Source: a virus. From it: a stretch of DNA of 64,000 nucleotides. The notes beneath the pieces were generated by a model. It saw nothing but the letters and a program-made list of their open reading frames with translations, made no database searches and was not told the DNA's origin. Positions 1-10,200 of the stretch are shown one piece after another; within the stretch, counting starts at the first letter, position 1, and the number at the start of each line of letters is the position of its first letter. The position numbers and the translations under genes were made by a program. The DNA lies in IMG/VR virus record IMGVR_UViG_3300049718_000055, positions 24,633 to 88,632 of that record. One strand, 5' to 3'.

Positions 1-603
1 TTGCTCATTGCCGGTCATCTCCTCGGCGGGTGTGGGCTGATAACCGGCGAGGACAACAACCCAAGAGAATACGCCCTTGAGAGCCTTCGCTTCAGCGCGG
101 GTTGCCGCCATAGATCGAAGCTGGAAGAGCGGTTTAGGAGTCGTCCCAACCTTAACTTTCTGCGATTTGTAGCCGCCCTTTCCATTGCGGAGATTGGCAT
201 CCCAAATCTTTTTCCCGTTATCGTCGAGGACATCCTTCCACTCGTACTTTGCGACCTCTCCCCATTGTTCCTCGTCCGAAAGGCACATCGACTCTGCGCG
301 ACCAACCTCACTCATATTGCGGTCGATCACAACAGCCACAGCCTCCCATCCACGAGCGCCGCCAAACTCCACATAGCGAGTCTCGATTGTTTTGGCCGTG
401 CATCCGTAGAACTTTGCGACTGTTCCCCAATCTTCACGCTCCAGATATTGTTCTCCGCCAAACATGACCGGAGATTTCTTCATGGAGACAACTTTCTTGA
501 GAGCAATGGCAGCTTTCGTTGCCTCAGCGAGAACCTCTTCCGGTTCCCGCCACTGCGTCAAGTACGCGCCCGGTTCATAATGCGTGAGTGCTGTGCTGCT
601 CAT
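1..603 (-). CDS. Putative single-strand annealing protein/phage recombinase (partial, runs off window)
   Basis: Not in ORF track. Manual translation from ATG 603 (ATGA overlap with HNH stop): MSSTALTHYEPG...QLRSMAATRAEAKALKGVFSWVVVLAGYQPTPAEEM. The SMAxTRA...GYxxTPAEEM motif is typical of phage annealases. Confidence 0.6.
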   Translation of the reverse strand, partial: MSSTALTHYEPGAYLTQWREPEEVLAEATKAAIALKKVVSMKKSPVMFGGEQYLEREDWGTVAKFYGCTAKTIETRYVEFGGARGWEAVAVVIDRNMSEVGRAESMCLSDEEQWGEVAKYEWKDVLDDNGKKIWDANLRNGKGGYKSQKVKVGTTPKPLFQLRSMAATRAEAKALKGVFSWVVVLAGYQPTPAEEMTGNEQ

Positions 604-1247
604 ACCAAATCCCTCCAATTTTCCCTTCTGTGAATACTACCTATTGTCCCCTTTTCGACACCATAAATCTCGCCTATTTCCCTCTGCGACAAATGTCCCA
701 CACTGCAAAGATCGCGTATGTCTAGCACTTGTTCTTTGGTTAATTTTGCCGCACCGTTCGATTCTCCCCTACAGTCATGAACTCCATAGGAACGACGCCC
801 CTTCCGTGCCATGTCTTCGTTGTTTTCGGCAATCGTTCCGAGCGAGAGGTGCCACGGATTAACGCACGGCGGAGTATCGCACTTGTGCATCAGACACATA
901 TCGTTGATAGTCTCCGTATTTCTCGCAATCTCTTTTCCAAAGAACAAAAGAAACGACACTCGATGCGCTAAAGTAGAACGGTTGTTAAGATTGAACAGTC
1001 CGTATCCAGCCGCATTTCTCTTCGCTGTCCAAATCCAGCATCCAAACCTTTCTGGAGGCATTTTTACCTTGGAGAAGAATCTAACAATCAACCTCTCCGC
1101 CGTCATCGCTTGAGGCCGACCAGCCAGCCTGGAGAGCGTTTCAAAGGATGGGCACACATCAACTAGCCTCTTGCCATTCCACGCCTCTACCCGCTCAGCT
1201 TGACTACGCCATGCCTCATGTATCGACTTCTCGTAGAGGTTCATCAT
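600..1247 (-). CDS. HNH endonuclease (HNH_3 type) with C-terminal HTH
   Basis: CWIWT..GYG..AHRVS..HKCDTPPCVNPWHL..GT..EN; C-terminal SQREIGEIYGV. Confidence 0.9.
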   Translation of the reverse strand: MMNLYEKSIHEAWRSQAERVEAWNGKRLVDVCPSFETLSRLAGRPQAMTAERLIVRFFSKVKMPPERFGCWIWTAKRNAAGYGLFNLNNRSTLAHRVSFLLFFGKEIARNTETINDMCLMHKCDTPPCVNPWHLSLGTIAENNEDMARKGRRSYGVHDCRGESNGAAKLTKEQVLDIRDLCSVGHLSQREIGEIYGVEKGTIGSIHRRENWRDLV

Positions 1248-1543
1248 GCTCCCCTCAATTGCCGAACAGCCTCGATTTCGTCTTTTGTGAGGACCGCTTT
1301 ACCGTTAAGCCTTACGAAGTCGTAGGTGCCCAACAGGTCCACCAGTTTCCAAAGCCTCTCGCTTGAGGGCGAAAGAACTCCCTGCTCCCATCGGCTGATC
1401 GTGCTTTTGTTGCAGCCGTGGAAACCCTGCACCAAATCTTCCATAGAAAGCTGCGACTTTATCCTAGCCCGCGTCAAAGCCGCACCATCAATGGTTAGCA
1501 GGTTGTTTGCGCTGTACTGTCGTGTCTTGTTTCCCATGCACAC
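1244..1543 (-). CDS. XRE-family HTH regulator
   Basis: LSMEDL..CNKSTISRWEQG..SPS. Confidence 0.75.
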   Translation of the reverse strand: MCMGNKTRQYSANNLLTIDGAALTRARIKSQLSMEDLVQGFHGCNKSTISRWEQGVLSPSSERLWKLVDLLGTYDFVRLNGKAVLTKDEIEAVRQLRGA

Positions 1544-1622
1544 TATCGTTGCACAGTCGTTTTAAGATTGTCAACCCCCCTGTTTTTTAGATAATCATTT
1601 TCAGTGGCAAACCGCTGCAAAC

Positions 1623-1889
1623 ATGAGAGATAATGCCTACATGAAGACGCAAACCGTAAAGAAGCCCAAAGCCGTTACCCTCAAGAAAGTCCAGAAGGCC
1701 CAACCTGTCAAACCGAAGTTGAGCAAGAAAGACCCCGACTACTATGCGAAGATCGGAGCCATCTCCGCGGCGAAACGGAAGCTGTCGAAAGAGTATTTTT
1801 CTTCTATGGCGGCCAAAAGCCACGGCGCCGGCTCTCGTCCAGACGGATACCACGGTGGCCGCAAGCCAAAGTCTACGGATTCCGAATAG
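1623..1889 (+). CDS. Small Lys-rich protein
   Basis: Divergent ORF, DPDYYAKIG..GGRKPK. Confidence 0.6.
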   Translation: MRDNAYMKTQTVKKPKAVTLKKVQKAQPVKPKLSKKDPDYYAKIGAISAAKRKLSKEYFSSMAAKSHGAGSRPDGYHGGRKPKSTDSE

Positions 1890-2331
1890 GCTCTCCAAAT
1901 AAATCGTTTGGCGGAAAGATCGGGTTGAGCAGTGTTCCGTTCTTCCAGTTGAGAAGGATTTTACCTGTGCGCCCGTTGCCGTCTACGAACGGGTGTATCT
2001 CCTCGAATTCCTTGTAGAACTCAAGCGGAGTCATCCCTTCTTCCGCCTCCCAAAGACGCTTCAACCGTGGTTCCACTTCTTCTGGGGGTGGACAGACACG
2101 CCACCCAACCCGAACGCCGCAACTTCTTTGCCCATGAGGATTCTTTCCAGGCTCCACAAATGTTCCAAGTTTAAGCGCGTCGTCAACCGTAAGTTTCTCG
2201 CCGCTGCCAAACCAGTTGAGAGCCCACGCCCAAGCGTCTAGCATCCATCCAACACGTTCTATGCCGTCTTGCATGGTAACATCATGCCCTTGCCGGCTAA
2301 CCTCTTCACGCACGTAGTCGATTACATTCAT
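1873..2331 (-). CDS. Fic-domain protein
   Basis: HPFVDGNGRTGK Fic motif. Confidence 0.9.
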   Translation of the reverse strand: MNVIDYVREEVSRQGHDVTMQDGIERVGWMLDAWAWALNWFGSGEKLTVDDALKLGTFVEPGKNPHGQRSCGVRVGWRVCPPPEEVEPRLKRLWEAEEGMTPLEFYKEFEEIHPFVDGNGRTGKILLNWKNGTLLNPIFPPNDLFGEPIRNP

Positions 2332-2363
2332 ATCCTATCCTTGTAGGCAGTATACTTCAGATT

Positions 2364-2999
2364 ATGAATTCTCTACCTCAACGCTGGCTCTCCATCCACG
2401 GAATATGCACTGTTCTCGGATTGACTCCAAACCAAGTTCAACACTTGGCTCGAAAGAAATACCTCGTCCGAATCGGAGATCAGGCTAGACACTACCGCTA
2501 CCTCGATCCCACCCCCGAGTACGCCGAACGCCTGCGGCTTGCGGCCGTCATGCTCTCCAAAAACAATGAGGTCAACATCGACCTGCCCTTGACGTTCCTG
2601 CTCACCATTAGGGAAGTTGCGGAGATCATGGGGTGGGGATTGAGTCATGCAAGATCGTATTTAGCTGAGAACAAAATCCCGTGCTATAAAAGCAAGAACA
2701 AGGCTTGCCTATTTTCTGTCTCGACCGTGCGCGACCTTATATTCGCCCGTCAAGGCCGGCATCTCGCCAAACAAAAAGCCCCCTTTTTACTGCCTGAGAT
2801 TATCGCCTTTCAACGCAAGTTCCAAGCCGCAGAGGAATCCATCGTTCCCACCGATGCAGCCTTTTCCGAAGACGCGGCTTTGCAGAAAAAGATTGTCTGG
2901 ATGATGAAGCAGCCGAGTCGAGACGTTCTATTGGCCGATTTTATTTCGAAGATGGAGTTGGCGAAGCAGGTTGCGACTGCAATTCGTAAACCTGAGTGA
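2364..2999 (+). CDS. HTH (excisionase-like) DNA-binding protein
   Basis: Two HTH-like segments (WLSIHGICTVLGLT, LLTIREVAEIMGW). Confidence 0.6.
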   Translation: MNSLPQRWLSIHGICTVLGLTPNQVQHLARKKYLVRIGDQARHYRYLDPTPEYAERLRLAAVMLSKNNEVNIDLPLTFLLTIREVAEIMGWGLSHARSYLAENKIPCYKSKNKACLFSVSTVRDLIFARQGRHLAKQKAPFLLPEIIAFQRKFQAAEESIVPTDAAFSEDAALQKKIVWMMKQPSRDVLLADFISKMELAKQVATAIRKPE

Positions 3000-3216
3000 G
3001 TAGTTCGCGCCTCTTGCCAGTGTGATCTAAAAAGTTATTCACGGCGCAGCAGACAGCACCTATCGAATTATCGCTCCGTGGGAGTCCGATTTCGTCTGGA
3101 TAAATCTCAGTGAGTGCGATGTCGAATTCGTCTTCATCGACGTGGCAGCTTCCGCAGCATGAGACCTGATCCTTTGTGATTCCAGCGTCCCACAGAGATT
3201 TGCACGTGATGTACAT
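2941..3216 (-). CDS. Hypothetical Cys-rich protein
   Basis: GGAGG RBS, TAATG coupling; start revised to 3216. Confidence 0.55.
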   Translation of the reverse strand: MYITCKSLWDAGITKDQVSCCGSCHVDEDEFDIALTEIYPDEIGLPRSDNSIGAVCCAVNNFLDHTGKRRELLTQVYELQSQPASPTPSSK

Positions 3217-3518
3217 TACGCCTCCTTTTTTGGAAACGGTTGCCCGCGATGAATCGGACACACGTCAATAGTATCACCAAGCCGCTTCAATCCTGATCCC
3301 GCATCGGTTTCCTGAGCGCCTAGAGGGTGAGCGCAACTCCTGCACATTGCGGCATCGCACGTCTTGCCATTGCCCACAGGAAAGTCGCAGAGTTTGCCTT
3401 CATTCTCACGGTAGTTGTAGTTGCAGAATTTGCACTTCATCAACCGTCCGGGTGAGGCTCCTCTGCGGTTGACGTGGACTACGACTCCATCAGCAGTCTT
3501 GTACCATTCGCAAGGCAT
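3216..3518 (-). CDS. Hypothetical Zn-finger protein
   Basis: CxxC, LCDFP, CxxxxCxxC, CPxH. Confidence 0.65.
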   Translation of the reverse strand: MPCEWYKTADGVVVHVNRRGASPGRLMKCKFCNYNYRENEGKLCDFPVGNGKTCDAAMCRSCAHPLGAQETDAGSGLKRLGDTIDVCPIHRGQPFPKKEA

Positions 3519-3520
3519 CG

Positions 3521-3715
3521 CTACTCAGCTACTTTCATGACTATCACGTTGGGACCGTTTGGCTCTCTAGTGGTTGGCTCTTCCACAACACGCCTAATAG
3601 AATCGCACAACTTAATCGCATCGCCGTCAGTGAGGGCACAGGCAAAGCCGTTGAGGATAGTTCCAAACCTGATTAGGACGGGACCGGCGATGCTTCTCTC
3701 TACCCTTATGTCCAT
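3521..3715 (-). CDS. Hypothetical protein
   Basis: Packed ORF with RBS. Confidence 0.5.
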   Translation of the reverse strand: MDIRVERSIAGPVLIRFGTILNGFACALTDGDAIKLCDSIRRVVEEPTTREPNGPNVIVMKVAE

Positions 3716-3729
3716 GTACGCAGTTTACC

Positions 3730-3921
3730 TCAGCGCGACGTTTTGCGGGTCTTCACCTTGCGCTTCGACTTCTTGACAACACCGTTTGCAGCCCTCACCG
3801 CGGCAGCGTCAGATCCGGTACGCTTCAGCACTGAGTTCGCTACATGACTCCACATCCGACGCTTCTTCGGAGTGTTCGCCTTTCGGTCGTGTTTCTTCGC
3901 TTCACGCGATGTCCACGGCAT
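3730..3921 (-). CDS. Small basic phage protein
   Basis: MPWT..KKRRMWSHVANSVL..AVRAANGVV, GAGGT RBS. Confidence 0.65.
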   Translation of the reverse strand: MPWTSREAKKHDRKANTPKKRRMWSHVANSVLKRTGSDAAAVRAANGVVKKSKRKVKTRKTSR

Positions 3922-3968
3922 TGCGGTTTACCTCCTACTTAGGTGGTGGCTTGATGCCGAATACATCC

Positions 3969-4205
3969 TCAAATGGTGGGAACTGCCTCAATGTTGATTT
4001 GATACCAGCGTCCAACTTCCAGTTTCTCGAAGGTTTCTTCGTCACATTCCATCGTGCATTTTTGACTATATTTCATTGAATTACCAGTACCAAATTCAAT
4101 CTTTCGATTAATCCTCTTGTCCTGTCCATACACTTCATCCTCTTTCGTCTTTCGGATTAGATGATACGCCATATCTTTTTCCTCCATGTACGCAGTATAG
4201 CGCAA
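3969..4205 (-). CDS. Hypothetical protein
   Basis: ORF directly downstream of the giant gene; start uncertain. Confidence 0.5.
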   Translation of the reverse strand: MRYTAYMEEKDMAYHLIRKTKEDEVYGQDKRINRKIEFGTGNSMKYSQKCTMECDEETFEKLEVGRWYQINIEAVPTI

Positions 4206-7200
4206 CTACTTCGGGGGTGGTTGGATCTTCTTCGTGCCGGACCATTCGTTTACCTTCGGGATCGTCCCAAGAGGCCATGCAATCCGCTTCGCCTCTTTTG
4301 CTGATTCCTTTTCCAGATTCTTCCCGAACTTCTTTACCGTGGGGTTCTTCAATTTGCTGGTGTCATCTGCGGCTTTGGGAACAGTCGAACCGGCCATGAA
4401 AATATCCTTGTAGATGCTTCCCACCAAACGATCCAATTCGTCGGTTGCCATGTACCCCATCATCTTATACAGCTTCTTCTCTTCTCCCTCTGCGGCCATC
4501 ATGCCAATATCTGTCCACATCTTCATTCTGTCGTTCGCCATGCCGATGAAGAGGCTATCCAGACAGATTTTAAGGGCTCCGGACCATGGATGCTTCTCTA
4601 AGTCCCTGTAATCTTCCAGTAAATTATCCCAACTGTCCCTCGTGTGAGATTGTCCCGTTGCTCCCTCAAATGCTTTCTGAGCCCCGTGCTTCACTCCCGC
4701 CTTCAGATTCATTAAGGCAAATCCAGCGGCCGGATAAAGCAAGAAAAACGGCAACAGTGGTCTGAAGTTGCGATGATGGAATACCTCATCAAAATACCAT
4801 TCCTTGATCCCCGAATAACTCTTGATCTGGAATGACTGAAGGTTGTAAGCTGCGTGTGCTACGGCATGGAGATTCTTTTCCGCATCTCCAAGACCTTCAG
4901 ACATACTCAGTTTTGCCATTCTCGGCATCTGTTCCGGCTGCTCTGTGAATGCAACTTTGTTGGCAAACACCCTTTCGGCCTTCCACTTCGATTCTTCGTC
5001 CCAGCGGTTGTTTGCCACGGCCTTATTGATCTCGTCGTCGCTCAATAGCATACGATCTTTCAATAAACGCCTTGAAGTCTCTGCCCGCTTTCCCCCAGCT
5101 TTCAAATCGCTGAGAACGTCAAGGTCCATCCATGCCCAAGCAATCTCTCCAACGGTAGCCCGCTGCCAGTTGTAAACATCGCTAAATCCTGTTGCTTTTA
5201 GCATTTCCTTGGCTACACCAAAGTTCTTTCCTTCAATCAGCGCAGGATTCATTCTCGGCGTTACAACCCCGACATAAAACTTTTCACGCATTCTCTCCTT
5301 CGGATGACGAAACATCCTATAATTTCCGACAAACCACGGCTTGAGACCGAGTTGTCCGGCATGAACATTGTGGAATGCAACCGAGATCGGAGACAGGCTC
5401 ATCTTCGTGATGACCTCGAAAGGCTGCATGAACCGATACATTCTTCCAACCCTTGTGTTCCAGTCTTGATACTCAAAATACAGCTTCAAGTTTTCTGTCA
5501 AATCTTTTCTCAATGCAGAACTAGGAACGTCGGCAATCAAACTGCCAACCTTGCCCATGTCGTGACCGAGCGTGGACTCTAACGCTACTGCGCTTCCAAG
5601 CTGGTCGAAATACTTATTCAATGCCCAAATATCTTTCTTATAGAACGGATGATTAACCGTCCTTTTCGTGGTTACATTCGGGTTTCTAGGACGCTTCAAG
5701 CGGCGCTCACGGTCTCTGCTTAACTCCCCAAGCCAACGATGCGCATCTCCCGTTCCTACTTTCAATCTCTGTCTCTCCTTTTCGAGATAGCGCAACTTTG
5801 CTACATCGTCGAGAGTTTTATCGTCGCAAACTTCCGAAAGAGTCCTTATCTCTCCTGTCTCCGAGTCCGTCAATTCCATGTCCCAGTCTGTTTCATGGGG
5901 CATATAATGCGGGTTGTTTGGAACATCATATATGCTGCCGTCTTCCCGATGTACACCTTCTTTAGTTGCCAACTCGTTCGCTTCATCCATCAACAGACGC
6001 AATTCCTCTGCGGCTTTGTTGATACGAGGATCGTTCGATGCTACACGCCCCTCTTTAACATCCCACACTTCGCGTACATCGTCATGACCCGGCCTACGCA
6101 GCCACTCCTTAACCTTCCCTTCCACTGGACCGTCTGAATTCCATTCCAATTTGTTCTCTTTGAAAATATCAATCAAACGCATCTGGAAGTTTCCAGAGAT
6201 TCCCATTTGTTTCTGCTGATAGTCGTCAAGTTTGTCAAAAACCGCTCCGGTCTTTTCTAAGTACCCGCTCTTTCTCGATACGCCCAAAGCCCTCATCCTG
6301 AAGTTCATGCCAAGAGTACGCTTCTGATAGTTTGCATATTCCTTGTCAAACCAGCGCCTCACCTTGTCTTGCATACCGATTTTTCTAGCCGCATTGATAG
6401 CAGGAATCCTGATCTTTTCTTTGATTCTCTGACCGAAAGTAGGCTCTTCCGACTCTCCAAGCCTGCGCTCTTCAAGGCCGCTCGTGTCTCTGCCAAGCAT
6501 CTTCTTTGCATGATAGAGAGGGCCAGACCACTCGCCCGTTTCGGGATCATAGGTAAAACCGTGACTCTGAAGTTCGCCCTTCATTGCGTAGCTTCCAGCT
6601 TCGGCAGGGTCAATGCCCTCTGGGGTTATACCGGCCACTTCTGAGGCGTGTGCAGCCCCAAGAGCGATGGTTTCCTTTGGGATGTCTGGATTCTTCGCCG
6701 CGGACTCGGCTATGTCGTTGATTGCCTTTTCCGCTTTCACGTTCGTCGGAGGCGGAGTAAAGGCTCTTTCCTTGTCCTGGTACATATTGGTCCAGTCCGC
6801 CCCCTCCTGAGCCCCAGTCCTCAAGCCCTTGTTCATTGCCTCCGATGCCGGCGGAATCTGGATTGCATCCCAACTGTCGATTCCTACCACTCTGCCGGCG
6901 TGACGCACTCCAAAGTCTGCGGCCTTGACCTCGATTTCGTTGCCGTTCGCAAAATTCAATGTGTCCTGCTCGGCCCGCGTCCTCTCCACGTCGCTGTAGT
7001 TCTCCATTGCCGTAGCAAGAGAGTCCTTTATGCCATGCACGGCCGCACGAATAGACCGCATCCTCGGAGCCACAAGTTCCTTCATAATCCTGACCTGCGG
7101 CGCCGCGTCGGTCCCAAGGAAAACTACATGGACATCGGACTTGGTTCCGTCTCTCCACGGCCTGCCAAGGGTCTGCTCTAACAGCACTCCAGAGTAAGGC

Positions 7201-10200
7201 GGTCCCAACACATACATCAATCTCGGCTTGTCACCTTTCGTGTCGTTCCAGTCGCTTCCGATACCTCCAGCCGGGATGCTCAGGTAGGCCATCGGAAGTT
7301 TCCCGTCTTGGAAGTCTTTTCGCACCTTTTCACGCCCGGTATCCGACTGGTTGACGCCGCTGTAGTTTCCAATCTTATCCCCGAATTCTGCCTGCAACGC
7401 ATCGAAGACGTTCGGAAGTCTTGGAAGCAATCGGCTAAACTGGCCGTTCATGGCGTCATCCATCTGCTGAAATGCAGTTGGTTCACCGCTTCTCTCTTTC
7501 CTGAACAAGTCCTCATCTGTGGTCGGAGACGCGATGATTATGCTGTACCCCTTCTCTATGTCCCTCTTTGCCATTTCAATGACATTAGGAATCATTTCGC
7601 GCTCAAGAAACGCCTTCGTGAACTGCGCTTCGTATGCGGAAATACTTTTTGGAGATAGCCCCTCGGTAAGTTTTGTACGTGTCCGCGCTCTTTCCATCAG
7701 ACCGGAAATCGTGTCAAGGCCGCGCTTCATGGCGCTTGTCATCGGCACAAATCCAAAGTGGACATTGAACCCCTCGTAGGAGAGAGTCTGCGATACCATC
7801 TGGCCGCGTTGGATCAACTGCTGGCGCAACTTTGCCATCTTTACAGGATCGAGTTCGGCTACCAGCGTCTTGTCTTTGTAGTAAGTCTTGAAATTGCTCT
7901 TCAGGAATTCCTCGTATCCGCCCTTCTTCCAGAGTCCTAACTTCTCAAGGTATCCAACCTCCAGCGGAGTGTGGAATGGAGTTGCGCTCATGTACACGCC
8001 CTTCTTGGCGTTTTGCATGATCGCCATGAGCATTTGACCTTGGCTCATGCCCTTCTTATTCTCTGCTTTCTTGAACCAGTTCCTTGCCTCTCCTGCCTCA
8101 TCCGCAATCACCATATCCCACTTGATGTTCTGGTACACGGGGTTTCTTAGAGCCGTCTGATAGCTCACTCCATACGTTCCGTTCTCGATTCCAAATTTTG
8201 GAGTATCGAGACTGAGGTCAACGCCAAATGCTTTTGCCGGTTCATCTGCGGTTTTCTCCAATAATGGACGGTTGCGGGTTATGTATAGGGTCAACGGCTT
8301 ATCGCCGGCCTCTCGGTCTCGTCCAAACTCGCTGATAATCCCCATCGCTGTCCAGGTCTTGCCCGTTCCTGTTCCGCTGGCAACCAACGCTCCGTCGCCG
8401 CGCTGCAATGCCGACATAACGATCTGTACCGTAGGTGCCTGACCGGGATGCTTGTCTTCGTCGAGAATCCTTGCCGTCCGCTCAGTAATAGCCCAGATCG
8501 GAAGAGGAGACTCTGTAGACATCCCCGCTTTGCCAGTCCGCTTCTTCCACGATTCTTCCGTTTCAGGGGCATCGTCCGCCGTCTTGCCGACAACCGGATC
8601 GTTCGTCTCCCTCAACGGAAGCATTCTGATCGGCTCAACGCGGTCTACACCGAATCCTCGTATGGCGGGACTTCCTCCGGCTCCGTCATGTCGTGGCATC
8701 CCCAACTCGGTTTTGCCAGAAACTCTGTCAACTGTTGGAGGTCTTTGAATTCCAGCAGCCTCATGAGTTCCTTCTCGTACTCGGTTGGCTCTCTCATTTT
8801 TTCTTTCCTCCATCACCTTATGCGCTAACTCAGGATCGGTCTTCGGAGCACGTTCTTCCGTTCCGTATTCCGCTGCGATTTTGTTTTCAAGGTCGTCAAT
8901 CTGCATCTGCAAAAACTGCTTGTCGAGAATCTTGTGGCGCGGCAATGCGGAAAGTTCTCTCTTCAATTGGTTTCGACGTGCTCCCATCTCTCCGCGAGTT
9001 TCAGGCTGTGATTCTTGGAACATGACGGTCGGCGGAACATTCCCTTTAGTGTTGAACTTTACACCCCAATTGCCATCGTCCATCTCTATCAACTGCGCTG
9101 CATCAGCCTGAATTCCCGACGATCCATACCTCGTCTCTCGGCCTATAGGAGTGAAAGCCATAACAGCCTTCGCGTAATCGTCAAACGCAAAAACTACGGT
9201 TTTACCTGGGATGTTCTTTACATCCTTCGCGCCTTCGTGAGTACGGGCCTCAATCACCCCTTTCACATCACGGCGGACAAAGATTGCCCCTGTATCTTTT
9301 CTTGCTTGCTCAATCGGATCTACAACATCCGAAGGATTCTTTATCCTCTTCTTGGCTTTTTCAGCCGCTTCGGTTTCGGTCAGAAACTCATCTGCCGGGT
9401 CCATGCCCGTAACATGGTAGATGCGGTCTAGTGTCTCCTTGGCATCGTCCGTCACTCTAAACGGACGAAGCGGGTCTTCACGCCACTTCTTGTAGACCTG
9501 CTGGAATATCTCCTTCAACTTCGCAAGAATCTTCCCGGTCTCAGCAGAGAACAACTTTGGATTCTCGTCGCGGTTATATTTCTCAATACCCCCAATAGCT
9601 CTTTCGCTGAATTCTTCAAGAACTTTCCCAACTAAATCTGCCCTGCTTTTTCCATCCCAAAGCGCCTTCGTCGGTCCCGTGATCGTATTCAAGGCGCGAA
9701 GGTCTTCATCGCTCAAAAAAGGCAAGAATGCGTGCCATAGTTCATGCGTGACAGTCGTCTTGTCAGCCTTCTCGTGGAGATACACACGCGATGTTTTACC
9801 GATTTCGTCCCACTCGGTTCGTCCCCTGCCTCTCTCGAAGTATTTGTCGCGCTCTATGCTGCTGAGAATCTTTTTCCTCTCAAGAACCCACTTCAGAGCG
9901 TCTTTGCGTTCAACCCCCTCCGGTTTCTCAAACTCCCAAATTGCCTCTGAAACCAGATGGAAGTTCTTCATGTGCCATTTTGCGTTTTCCTTCGTTGATT
10001 CATCAGCGTAGACAAACGTCTTCAATCCTTCGTAATCAACATAGCCCTGCTCGCGCACTTGATTGAGCAACACATCCTTGGCAACTTCTTTTTCGCTACG
10101 AGTCTTCGGCGGCGGCTTGATTCCCTTTTCCGTTTCGGCCTTCGGTTCGGCTGGTGGCTCGATTCCAATTTTTGGAATCTCTTCTGCTTTTACCTCTGGC

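Noticed and set aside
1-633. 210-aa plus-strand ORF
   Set aside because: Antisense shadow of the minus-strand recombinase-like gene
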